Assembly: GCA_021787445.1 (NCBI GenBank)
Contig: JAJYLV010000004.1
Coordinates: 17,095 to 81,094, forward strand
Origin: Chloroflexota bacterium
GTDB lineage: Bacteria > Chloroflexota > Limnocylindria > P2-11E
Direction: 5' to 3'
DNA: 64,000 nt
Below the pieces are notes generated by a model. That model was not told the DNA's origin and did not search any database. It saw nothing but the letters and a program-made list of their open reading frames with translations. Position numbers and translations under genes: made by a program. The stretch's first letter is position 1, and the number at the start of each line of letters is the position of its first letter. Shown in pieces: positions 26,006 to 34,065 of the stretch.

Positions 26006-27241
26006 CTAGGGCTGCGCCATCGTCTCGTAGCGCCGCGCGCGGACCGGCGTGCAGGTCCCCTCCGGACAGCGGCGGTCGACGATGTGCGTGCGGTAGTCAT
26101 CCGGGAACTCGGCGAGCGTCGTCCGCACGATCGACGCGCTCGTGATCCCGAAGCCGCACAGCGAGAAATCGCTCAGGTGATCCGCGAGCTGGCCGAGCCA
26201 CGCGAGGTCGTCGTCGCGGCCGAGCCCCGAGGAGACGGACTCGAGGATCCCCCCGACGCGCTTGGTCCCGACGCGGCACGGCACGCAGATCGCGCAGGTC
26301 TCCTTCGACAGGTACTCGAAGAGGCGCGCCGCCTCCGCGACGATGCAGGTGCCCTCCGGGATCGCGCGCACCTGTCCGGATCCCATGTACGTTCCCGCCG
26401 CGCGAAGGTCCTCGTAGTCGTAGCGCACGCCTGTCCGGGTCGAGCTGAGGATCCCGCACGTCGGCCCTCCGACGTGGATCGCCTTGAGCGCGTGGGTCAC
26501 CCCGCCCGCCGTCTGGACGATCTCGCCGAGCGTCGTCCCGAGGCTCACCTCGTACACACCGGGCTCCACGACGGCTCCCGTGACCGAGACGAGCTTCGTC
26601 CCGCGGGAGCCCTCCCGGCCCCCGAAGGAGTCCGGGCCGTCGCGCACGATGAGGGGAAGCGCCGCGAGGGTCTCCGCGCACGAGACGAGCGTCGGCCGCA
26701 TCGCCCGCCCCTGCTCCGCCGGCCACGGCGGCCGCTGGCGCGCCATCGCGCGCTTGTTCTCGAGGACCGCGAGCAGCGCGCTCTCCTCCCCGCCCATGAA
26801 GCCGCCGGGGCCGAGCGCGATCTCGATCGACACGTCCGTCCTGCCGTCGCGCGAGGCGATGGCCCTCTCCGCGGCGCTCCGCGCGTCCGCCGCCTCGGGG
26901 CGCAGGTAGAGGTAGGCCTGGCGCGCCCCGACCGCCCGTGCCGCGATGAGGATCCCGTCGACGACGAGCTCGGGCGAGCGCCGCAGCAGCGTCTGCGACA
27001 GGGGGCTGGCGGGGTCCGCGTCGTACGCGTTGGCGACGAGGTAGGCGGCCCCGCCCGCGAGCTCGGCCGCGGTCCGCGTGGCCCGCATCTTCTCTCCGAG
27101 GGGGAAGCCGGCGCCGCCGCGTCCGCGCAGCGCCGCGCTCTCCACCAGCCCGATCGTCTCGTCGGGCGAGAGCGAGAGAGCGCGCTCGAGGGCGCCCGAC
27201 GGGTCGGCCCCCAGGACGCGGAACGCCGTCTCAGTCGGCAT
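26006..27241 (-). CDS. nuoF: NADH dehydrogenase 51-kDa subunit homolog (NuoF-like; FMN/NADH binding, [4Fe-4S])
   Basis: GRGGAGFPLGEKM, GEESALLAVLENKRA and the cluster N3 motif ETCAICVPCRVG...LCGFG. Confidence 0.85.
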   Translation of the reverse strand: MPTETAFRVLGADPSGALERALSLSPDETIGLVESAALRGRGGAGFPLGEKMRATRTAAELAGGAAYLVANAYDADPASPLSQTLLRRSPELVVDGILIAARAVGARQAYLYLRPEAADARSAAERAIASRDGRTDVSIEIALGPGGFMGGEESALLAVLENKRAMARQRPPWPAEQGRAMRPTLVSCAETLAALPLIVRDGPDSFGGREGSRGTKLVSVTGAVVEPGVYEVSLGTTLGEIVQTAGGVTHALKAIHVGGPTCGILSSTRTGVRYDYEDLRAAGTYMGSGQVRAIPEGTCIVAEAARLFEYLSKETCAICVPCRVGTKRVGGILESVSSGLGRDDDLAWLGQLADHLSDFSLCGFGITSASIVRTTLAEFPDDYRTHIVDRRCPEGTCTPVRARRYETMAQP

Positions 27242-27953
27242 ACGCGGGCTCCAGCGGTTGCTCTATCTCCGATTCGTGCAGCCTGTCGTACGCCGGAGGC
27301 GGCGACACCGGCGGCCACGCGCCGGCGATGCCGAGGTTGCCCGTGTAGCGCCGGCCACCGCGGGGCACCGGGGTCCCTCTGCCCGCGGGAGCGCCGTGGA
27401 AGTTCGGCAGCATCGAGGCCGCCGTGTAGATGCTCGTCATGGTCATGTCGAACTCCGCGGCGATGAGCTCGGCGGCGGTCCACGGCAGGTATCCGTACGC
27501 CTGGTGCGCCGCGTAGAGCACGCGGTGAAGGCGGTCCGCGGTGTGCGGCGTCTCGGTGAGGATGCGACGCATGGGTCCGAGGTCGAGCGCGGTCTCCTCC
27601 TCCGCGGGAACGGTCGTCACCACCTGCGACATCGGCCGGCGCGCCCCGTAGGGCGCGGAGCAGACCATGCGGATCCGGTAGTAGGCCATGCGCGGCGCCA
27701 TCGTCGGGCGCTTGCGGAAGCCGTTGCGGAACGTGTACGAGATCGAGATCGCGCGCGGCGGGCACGCTTTCTCGCACATGAGGCACGACTCGCACTTGAA
27801 AATGTCCGTCTCCGGCTCGAGGAGGAGCGCGATGAGGCCGCGGCTCCGCTCGGGGAGCTCCCGCTTCTCGTACGGGTACTTCCGCGTGACGGCCTTGTGC
27901 CGCAGCAGGTGGTCCATCGTCCGGCGCAGCCCGATGAAGATGCCGCTGATCAT
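27231..27953 (-). CDS. chimeric or degenerate ORF: NuoI-like N-terminal half (one CxxCxxCxxxCP motif) fused to a NuoE-like N-terminal helical domain that lacks the [2Fe-2S] cysteines
   Basis: Residues 1-95 match NuoI (RKYPYEKRELPERSRG...KCESCLMCEKACPPRAISI...YYRIRMVC) but the second ferredoxin motif is missing. Residues about 125-190 match the NuoE N-terminal domain (LHRVLYAAHQAYGYLPWTAAELIAAEFDMTMTSIYTAASMLPNFHGAPAGR). No Cys-bearing continuation is found in any frame. Confidence 0.5.
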   Translation of the reverse strand: MISGIFIGLRRTMDHLLRHKAVTRKYPYEKRELPERSRGLIALLLEPETDIFKCESCLMCEKACPPRAISISYTFRNGFRKRPTMAPRMAYYRIRMVCSAPYGARRPMSQVVTTVPAEEETALDLGPMRRILTETPHTADRLHRVLYAAHQAYGYLPWTAAELIAAEFDMTMTSIYTAASMLPNFHGAPAGRGTPVPRGGRRYTGNLGIAGAWPPVSPPPAYDRLHESEIEQPLEPAYAD

Positions 27954-27966
27954 CGCCCGCCGCTCC

Positions 27967-29163
27967 TCACCTATCGACGTCCCCGAGCACGATGTCGATC
28001 GAGCCGAGGATGGCCACGAGGTCGGCGATGAGGCGACCCTTGAGCAGCCACGGCAGGATCTGCAGGTTCATGAAGGACGGGCCGCGCATCTTCGCGCGGA
28101 ACGGATCCGGGTTCGACCCGCCGCTGCTGATCATGTAGAACCCGACCTCGCCCTTGGCGCCTTCGACCGTGTAGTAGGCCTCGCCGCGCGGGCACTTCCA
28201 CACGTGGCCTTGGCGCGAGCGGACGGGGCCCGCCGGCAGCTTGTCGATGGCCTCGCGGATGAGCGCGATCGAGAGCTTCATCTCGTTCACGCGGACCTGA
28301 TAGCGCGCGAACGCGTCGCCCTCGGAGAAGACGACCGGCTTGAGCGTCTTCAGCTCGGGGTAGATCGAGTACGGACGGTCACGCCGGAGGTCCCAGTCGA
28401 CGCCCGACCCGCGCGCCATCGGGCCGGTGAGCCCGTACTGGACGGCCACCTCCTTGGGGATGACGCCGATGCCCACCGTCCGCTCGAGGAAGATCTCGTT
28501 GCCCTCGAGGATCTCGCGGTAGTCCCGGTCGATCGACTTCTCCCAGCCGTCGAGGAAGCGCTCGATCTTGCCCAGGACGCCCTGGGGGAAGTCGTAGAGG
28601 AGCCCGCCGGGGCGGTAGTAGTTGTGGTTCATCCGCGACCCGCAGATCTCCTCGAGGATATCGAGGATGTACTCGCGGTCGCGCATGCACCACAGGAACG
28701 GCGTCGTCGCGCCGACGTCGAGGCCGTACGTCCCCAGCCAGATACAGTGCGACGCGGAGCGCGAGAGCTCGTCGACGATGACGCGCAGGAACTCGGCGCG
28801 GCGCGGGACCTCGACGCCGGCGATCGCCTCGGCCGCGCCGCAGTAGGCGTGCTCGTTGAGCATGGCCGAGACGTAGTCGGCCTGGTCGGCGTAGCGCGGC
28901 CCCTGCTGGTAGGTCCGCCACTCGAAGATCTTCTCGAGCCCGCGGTGGAGGTAGCCCACGACCGGCACGCAGTCGACGACCATCTCGCCGTTCAGCTTGA
29001 GGACGAGGCGGAGGACGCCGTGCGTGGAGGGGTGCTGCGGCCCGAGGTTGAGGATGAGCTCCTCGGTCTCGAGCCCTTCGCCGATGGTCTCGATCTCCGG
29101 CGGTCCGGCCTCCGCGGGCACGCCGCCCTGCTGCTCGTGCCGGGTGTCGGTCTCGGTGGCCAT
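27967..29163 (-). CDS. nuoD: NADH dehydrogenase 49-kDa subunit homolog (NuoD-like, not a [NiFe] hydrogenase large subunit)
   Basis: LNLGPQHPSTHGVLRLVLKLNGEMVVD...YLHRGLEKIFEW and a C-terminus ending VLGDVDR. Neither the N-terminal RxCGxC nor the C-terminal DPCxxC Ni-binding motif is present. Confidence 0.85.
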   Translation of the reverse strand: MATETDTRHEQQGGVPAEAGPPEIETIGEGLETEELILNLGPQHPSTHGVLRLVLKLNGEMVVDCVPVVGYLHRGLEKIFEWRTYQQGPRYADQADYVSAMLNEHAYCGAAEAIAGVEVPRRAEFLRVIVDELSRSASHCIWLGTYGLDVGATTPFLWCMRDREYILDILEEICGSRMNHNYYRPGGLLYDFPQGVLGKIERFLDGWEKSIDRDYREILEGNEIFLERTVGIGVIPKEVAVQYGLTGPMARGSGVDWDLRRDRPYSIYPELKTLKPVVFSEGDAFARYQVRVNEMKLSIALIREAIDKLPAGPVRSRQGHVWKCPRGEAYYTVEGAKGEVGFYMISSGGSNPDPFRAKMRGPSFMNLQILPWLLKGRLIADLVAILGSIDIVLGDVDR

Positions 29164-29172
29164 CAGATCCGC

Positions 29173-29757
29173 TCAACCACCCCGGAAGATCTTCTCGCGG
29201 AGCCGCAGGATGCCCTCGATCAGCGCCTCGGGGCGCGGCGGGCAACCGGGAACGTACACGTCGACCGGGACGACCGTGTCGACCCCCTGCAGCGTCGCAT
29301 AGCTGTCCCAGAACTCTCCGCCCGACGACGCGCAGTTGCCCATCGCGATCACCCACTTCGGCTCGGGCATCTGCTCGTAGAGGCGCCGCAGCCGCGGCGC
29401 CATCTTGTGCGTCACCGTGCCCGCGACGATCATGACGTCCGCCTGCCGGGGGCTCGAGCGGAAGACCTCGGCGCCGAACCGCGCGAGGTCGTGATGCGAG
29501 GCGGAAGCCGCCATCATCTCGATGGCGCAGCACGCCAGGCCGTAGCCGAGCGGCCACGGGCTGCGCGAGCGCGCCCAGCTCATGAGGTCCTTGACCGTCG
29601 CGAACACGACGTTGTCCTCGTTCGCGATCGCGCCGGGGGTCGGGGCGACGTAGTCGGGCGCCCCAAGGCCTGTCTGGGTGGTCGTCGGCCGCTGCTTCAG
29701 CGCGTCCGAGATCTCGAAGTGGATCGGCCGCGCGGGGGGCTTCTGGTCGACTGCCAT
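29173..29757 (-). CDS. nuoB: NADH dehydrogenase 20-kDa subunit homolog (NuoB-like, cluster N2 ligands present)
   Basis: [15 protein letters not shown] and GCPPRPE motifs. Confidence 0.85.
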   Translation of the reverse strand: MAVDQKPPARPIHFEISDALKQRPTTTQTGLGAPDYVAPTPGAIANEDNVVFATVKDLMSWARSRSPWPLGYGLACCAIEMMAASASHHDLARFGAEVFRSSPRQADVMIVAGTVTHKMAPRLRRLYEQMPEPKWVIAMGNCASSGGEFWDSYATLQGVDTVVPVDVYVPGCPPRPEALIEGILRLREKIFRGG

Positions 29758-29769
29758 CTGAGGTGGAGT

Positions 29770-30603
29770 CTAGGGAAGATCGCGCGGACCTTGCACGCGA
29801 AGCAGCAGCGCGACGAGGGCCTGGTGTATCCCCGGCCCGCTCGCGACCAGCGTCGGTGCGTCCGGCCGTACGCCCTTCGTCTCGCTGAGCATCCCTCCCG
29901 CCTCCGACACGAGGAGCCGTCCGGCCGCGCAGTCCCACTCGTGCCCGCCCGATTCCGCGTACGCATCCAGTCGCGACCCGGCGACCCACGCGAGGTCGAG
30001 CGCCGCCGATCCCATGCGTCGCACGTCGCGGACGGCCGGCACGATGAGCGCTTCGCGGCGCGCTTGCTCGCGCCGCTCCTCGGCGCTGTACGAGAACCCG
30101 TCGGCCAGGAGCGCGAGGCCCAGGTCGGCGACGCGGCTCACCGCGAGGCGGCGTGCCCCTGACGCGTCCGCCGACGCCCGCAGCCAGGCGCCCTCGCCGC
30201 GCACCGCGGAGAAGAGCTCATCGCGCGTCGGGTCGTAGGTCACTCCGACGAGGGGTCCGCGTGCGTCCGCGCACGCGATCGTCACGCACCACTGCGGGAT
30301 CCGGTAGAGGTAGTTCACCGTTCCGTCGAGGGGATCGACGAGCCAGCGCCGTCCCGAGGTCCCGCCCGAGCCGCCGCCCTCCTCCGAGACGATCGCGTCG
30401 TCGGGATACGTGCGACGGATCGCCGCCACGATGAGCGCTTCCGAGGCGCGGTCGGCGTCGCTCACCTCGTCCGTCGGCGTCGTCTTCGTCGCGCGCCCGG
30501 TCGCCGGGCCGCTCCAGCGATCGAGGAGGAGGCGGCCGGCGGCGACCGCGGCGCCTTCCGCCGTCGCGAGCACGTCGGCGCACGACCTCGGCGGCGCCGT
30601 CAC
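29770..30603 (-). CDS. inositol monophosphatase family protein (SuhB/ImpA-like)
   Basis: WLVDPLDGTVNYL and WDCAAGRLLVSEAGG motifs. GTG start overlaps the upstream stop (GTGA). C-terminal part of a longer track ORF. Confidence 0.8.
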   Translation of the reverse strand: MTAPPRSCADVLATAEGAAVAAGRLLLDRWSGPATGRATKTTPTDEVSDADRASEALIVAAIRRTYPDDAIVSEEGGGSGGTSGRRWLVDPLDGTVNYLYRIPQWCVTIACADARGPLVGVTYDPTRDELFSAVRGEGAWLRASADASGARRLAVSRVADLGLALLADGFSYSAEERREQARREALIVPAVRDVRRMGSAALDLAWVAGSRLDAYAESGGHEWDCAAGRLLVSEAGGMLSETKGVRPDAPTLVASGPGIHQALVALLLRVQGPRDLP

Positions 30604-32228
30604 TCCGTGGTGACGCGTCCCGCGCTGACGGGGGAGATCGGCGAGCGTGCGGCCAGGTAGGCCGCGACGACGTCGAGATCGACGTCGCCGTAGATCACGT
30701 TCGAGCCCTGCGTGAACACGGTGTGCCCATCGCCCCCGCCCTGAAGGTAGTCGACCGTCGCGACGTGGTAGACGCGCCCGGGATCGAGCGGCTGTCCGGC
30801 GATCGTCGCCCGCGCGACGCGGTCCCCCACCCTCGCGGACGATCGGTACGCGAGCGTCGCTCCGGACACGAAGAGCCTCCCCGCCGCGCCGGCCATCCCT
30901 TCGAACACCTCCCTCAGCTGAGCGCCGGTGAGGTCGACGCTCACCACGGTGTCCTGGAACGGCAGGACCTCCGCCAGGCGCTCGTACGTGACGTCGCCGC
31001 GCGGGATCGAGGCGCGGATGCCCGCGGCGTTGTAGAAGGCGAGGTCGCTGCGCCATCCCTCCCGTCGGCCGTAGTCGAGCAGCGCGTCGGCGACCAGCTC
31101 CCCCAGTGCGTTGTTCATGTCGCGGTCGGCGGCGAACGTCGCGCTCGCGGTCCCGACGACGCGCTTGCCGTACTTGTCGGCGTCGGCGCGGCGCTGCGCC
31201 ACGAGCGCGGCGACGCTCGCCAGAGGCGCGGCCGCCCCCGTCGTGACCGCAAGGATCACGTTGGACGTCCGCACCGACGCGACGTGCCGCGTCGCCGGGT
31301 CCACCGTGACCTCGACCCGCCCGAGCTCGCGTCCGTAGGCGCCGGCCTGGAAGATCATCGTCGGGCCCACGCTCCGGGGGGTCGTCAGCGTGATGTGATC
31401 GTGCCCGCCGATGATGAGGTCGATGCCCGGCACGGCCCCCGCGAGGGCGGTGTCGCCGCCCGCGATGCGCGACGTGCCGCCCTCGATGCCCAGATGGCTG
31501 AGGACGACGACGACGTCGGCCCGCCGCCGCACCTCCGGCAGGTATCTCCGCACGCTCTCGATCCCCGGCAGGAACACCAGGCCCTTCGTGCTGGTCGCCT
31601 TGATGATCGACGCGCTCGGATACGTCAGCCCGATGATCCCGACCCGCGCGATCCCGAGGTCCTTGACGATGTAGGGCGTCGCCCACGCCGGCGGCCTGCC
31701 GGTCGCGGACTCCACCACGTTCGCCGCGAGGAACGGGAAGCTCGCCTCCGCCGCCCGCTTCGCCAGCTCTTGCTGTCCCCAGTCGAGGTCGTGGTTGCCG
31801 ATCGTCTGCGCGTCGTACCCGATCAGGCTCATCGCCTTGGTCATCGACGCGCCGTGGTCCATTGCGGCGATCAGAGTGCCGCTGAGGGCGTCACCCGCGT
31901 CGAGCGTGAGCGTCCTAGTGGGAGCGCGCGAGCGCTGCAGCTGGATCATCCCACCGAGGAGCGCCATCCCGCCCTGCTCGACCGTCCGCCCCGCCGTCGT
32001 CGCGTCGAGGTGGCCGTGGATGTCGTTGGTGTGGAGGATCTGGAACGCGTTCGGCGGGAGGGAGGCGAGCGCGGCGACGCCCGGCGCGGTGCGCCCGGCG
32101 GACGGCGTCGCGGCGATCGGCGCGCTGGCCGTGCACGCCGCCGCGATGACCGCGGCGACGAGGAGAGCGAGAGCGCTACGCCGGCTGATGCGCCCGGTAC
32201 TGCAGCTCGTAGAGGCGATGGTAGACAC
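30600..32228 (-). CDS. secreted 5'-nucleotidase / bifunctional metallophosphatase (UshA-like), Tat signal lipoprotein
   Basis: TNDIHGHL and GNHD calcineurin-like motifs plus a 5'-nucleotidase C-terminal domain. Signal peptide with RRSALALL and AACTA lipobox. The GTG start overlaps the 3' end of the upstream ABC gene by about 50 nt. Confidence 0.75.
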   Translation of the reverse strand: MSTIASTSCSTGRISRRSALALLVAAVIAAACTASAPIAATPSAGRTAPGVAALASLPPNAFQILHTNDIHGHLDATTAGRTVEQGGMALLGGMIQLQRSRAPTRTLTLDAGDALSGTLIAAMDHGASMTKAMSLIGYDAQTIGNHDLDWGQQELAKRAAEASFPFLAANVVESATGRPPAWATPYIVKDLGIARVGIIGLTYPSASIIKATSTKGLVFLPGIESVRRYLPEVRRRADVVVVLSHLGIEGGTSRIAGGDTALAGAVPGIDLIIGGHDHITLTTPRSVGPTMIFQAGAYGRELGRVEVTVDPATRHVASVRTSNVILAVTTGAAAPLASVAALVAQRRADADKYGKRVVGTASATFAADRDMNNALGELVADALLDYGRREGWRSDLAFYNAAGIRASIPRGDVTYERLAEVLPFQDTVVSVDLTGAQLREVFEGMAGAAGRLFVSGATLAYRSSARVGDRVARATIAGQPLDPGRVYHVATVDYLQGGGDGHTVFTQGSNVIYGDVDLDVVAAYLAARSPISPVSAGRVTTE

Positions 32229-34065
32229 CGCGCTCCGCGAGGAGCTCGCGATGCGTCCCCGACTCCACCACGCGACCCTTGTGCAGGACGATGATCCGGT
32301 CGACGTTCTGGATCGTCGACAGGCGATGCGCGATGACGATCGACGTGCGGCCGCGCATGAGCTTCTCGAGCGCGTCCTGGATGAGGTGCTCCGTCTCGGT
32401 GTCGACCGACGACGTCGCCTCGTCGAGGACGAGCAGGATCTCCGGGTTGAACGCGATCGCGCGCGCGAAGGCGAGCAGCTGCTTCTGGCCGACGCTCAGC
32501 ATCGACCCACGCTCCGTCACGACCGTCGCGTACCCGTCCGGCAGCCGCTCGATGAAGCGATCGGCGTTGACGAAGCGCGCGGCGGCGCGCACGCGCTCGT
32601 CCGAGATCGAGGCGTCGTTGAGCCGGATGTTCGACGCGATCGTGCCGGCGAAGATGAAGGGGTCCTGGAGGACGACGCCGATGTGCCGCCTCAGGTCCTG
32701 CTGCCGGACGGAGCGCACGTCGACGCCGTCCAAGAGGACGCGTCCTCGCTGGACGTCGTAGAAGCGCGAGGCGAGGCTGATGATCGACGTCTTCCCCGCG
32801 CCGGTCGCTCCCACGATCGCGACGCTCTCGCCGGCGGCGATCGTGAATCCGACGTCCTTGAGGATCCAGTCGAGCCCCGCCCCGCCCTCGCGGGGTCCGT
32901 CCGGGCGCGCGTCCGGGAGCGCGGCTTCGGCCGCGAGCTGGTACGAGAACCAGACGTGGTCGAACCGCATCTCGCCGCGCACGTGCTTGAGCTGCACGGC
33001 GTCCGGCGGATCGGCGACGGCCCGCGGCGTGTCGAGCAGCCGGAACACGCGCTCGGACGAGGCCATCGCGGCTTGCAGGACGTTGTACTTGTCGGAGAGG
33101 TCGAGCACCGGCTGGAAGAACTGCGAGATGAGCTGCCAGAACGCGAGCAGCGTCCCGATGGTCATCTGTCCCTGGAGGATCCAGTAGCTGCCAGCGAGGA
33201 GGAGCACCGCGCTCGTCGTCGCGCGGGTGAAGCTCACCGACGGCTGGAAGGTGCTCATCGCGCGCACCGCGCCCCGATTCGCGTGATAGAGGTCCGTGTT
33301 GAGGACGTCGAACCGGCGGAACGTTTCCGTCTCGCGCGTGAACAGCTGGATGACGGACATGCCCGACAGGCTCTCGTTGAGGTAGGCGTTGACGCGCGCG
33401 AGCCGGACGCGGATCGCGCGGAAGGAGTCGCGCATCATCCCGCGGAAGTACACGCTCATGACGACGAGGATCGGCAGCGAGACGAACGTGACGAGCGCGA
33501 GGCGGACGTCCAGGAAGAGCATCACGATCATGACGCCGGCTAGCACGAACACGTCGCCGAAGATCGAGACGACGCCGCGGCTCACGAGGTCGATGAGGGC
33601 GTCGATGTCGTTCGTGATGCGCGTCATGAGCCGGCCCACGGGGTTGCGGTCGTAGAACGAGAGCGGCAGGTACTGGAGGTGCCGGAAGAGCTCGAGCCGG
33701 AGGTCGTACATCGCGCGCTGCCCGGCGATCGCCGTCAGCAGAGCCTGCGTGTAGCGGATCGCCGACGACAGGACGAGGACGCCGAAGTACAGCGCGCCAT
33801 ACAGCGCGAGGCGCGAGAGCCCCTCGTCGACGGGGATCTTGCCGTCGACGACCGGCGTGATCGAACGGTCGACGACCTCCTTGGCCAGGATCGGCGGGAT
33901 GACCTGCGACGCGGAGTACAGGAGCAGGAGCAGCATCGCGACGGCGACGATCGTCGTGTACGGCCGCACGTAGTGCAGCAGCCGGCGCATGAGCCGCCCG
34001 TCGTACGCCTTGCCGAGGATCTCGTCCTCCTGGAAGAAGTCGGTGCCCCCGTGCCCGTGGGCCAT
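32176..34065 (-). CDS. ABC transporter ATP-binding/permease protein (type I exporter, MsbA-like), second gene of a pair
   Basis: 629 aa. Six-TM domain plus NBD with Walker A (GATGAGKTS), signature (LSVGQKQ) and Walker B (LVLDEATS). ATG at 34065 overlaps the stop of the first exporter (ATGA). Confidence 0.85.
   Translation of the reverse strand: MAHGHGGTDFFQEDEILGKAYDGRLMRRLLHYVRPYTTIVAVAMLLLLLYSASQVIPPILAKEVVDRSITPVVDGKIPVDEGLSRLALYGALYFGVLVLSSAIRYTQALLTAIAGQRAMYDLRLELFRHLQYLPLSFYDRNPVGRLMTRITNDIDALIDLVSRGVVSIFGDVFVLAGVMIVMLFLDVRLALVTFVSLPILVVMSVYFRGMMRDSFRAIRVRLARVNAYLNESLSGMSVIQLFTRETETFRRFDVLNTDLYHANRGAVRAMSTFQPSVSFTRATTSAVLLLAGSYWILQGQMTIGTLLAFWQLISQFFQPVLDLSDKYNVLQAAMASSERVFRLLDTPRAVADPPDAVQLKHVRGEMRFDHVWFSYQLAAEAALPDARPDGPREGGAGLDWILKDVGFTIAAGESVAIVGATGAGKTSIISLASRFYDVQRGRVLLDGVDVRSVRQQDLRRHIGVVLQDPFIFAGTIASNIRLNDASISDERVRAAARFVNADRFIERLPDGYATVVTERGSMLSVGQKQLLAFARAIAFNPEILLVLDEATSSVDTETEHLIQDALEKLMRGRTSIVIAHRLSTIQNVDRIIVLHKGRVVESGTHRELLAERGVYHRLYELQYRAHQPA

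Noticed and set aside
23576-29757. Interpretation as a standard NADH:quinone oxidoreductase (nuo) operon
   Set aside because: nuoA, nuoC and all membrane-arm genes (nuoH, J-N) are absent although both flanks of the cluster are visible. nuoG is replaced by a GltD fusion and nuoE/nuoI are fragmentary.
24446-30162. Very long plus-strand ORFs (for example 24446..27466 at 1006 aa and 27688..30162 at 824 aa) antisense to the nuo-like genes
   Set aside because: Arg/Asp/Pro/Ala-rich low-complexity translations with no motifs. These are typical stop-codon-poor antisense frames of high-GC DNA, and the opposite strand carries clear homology-supported genes.
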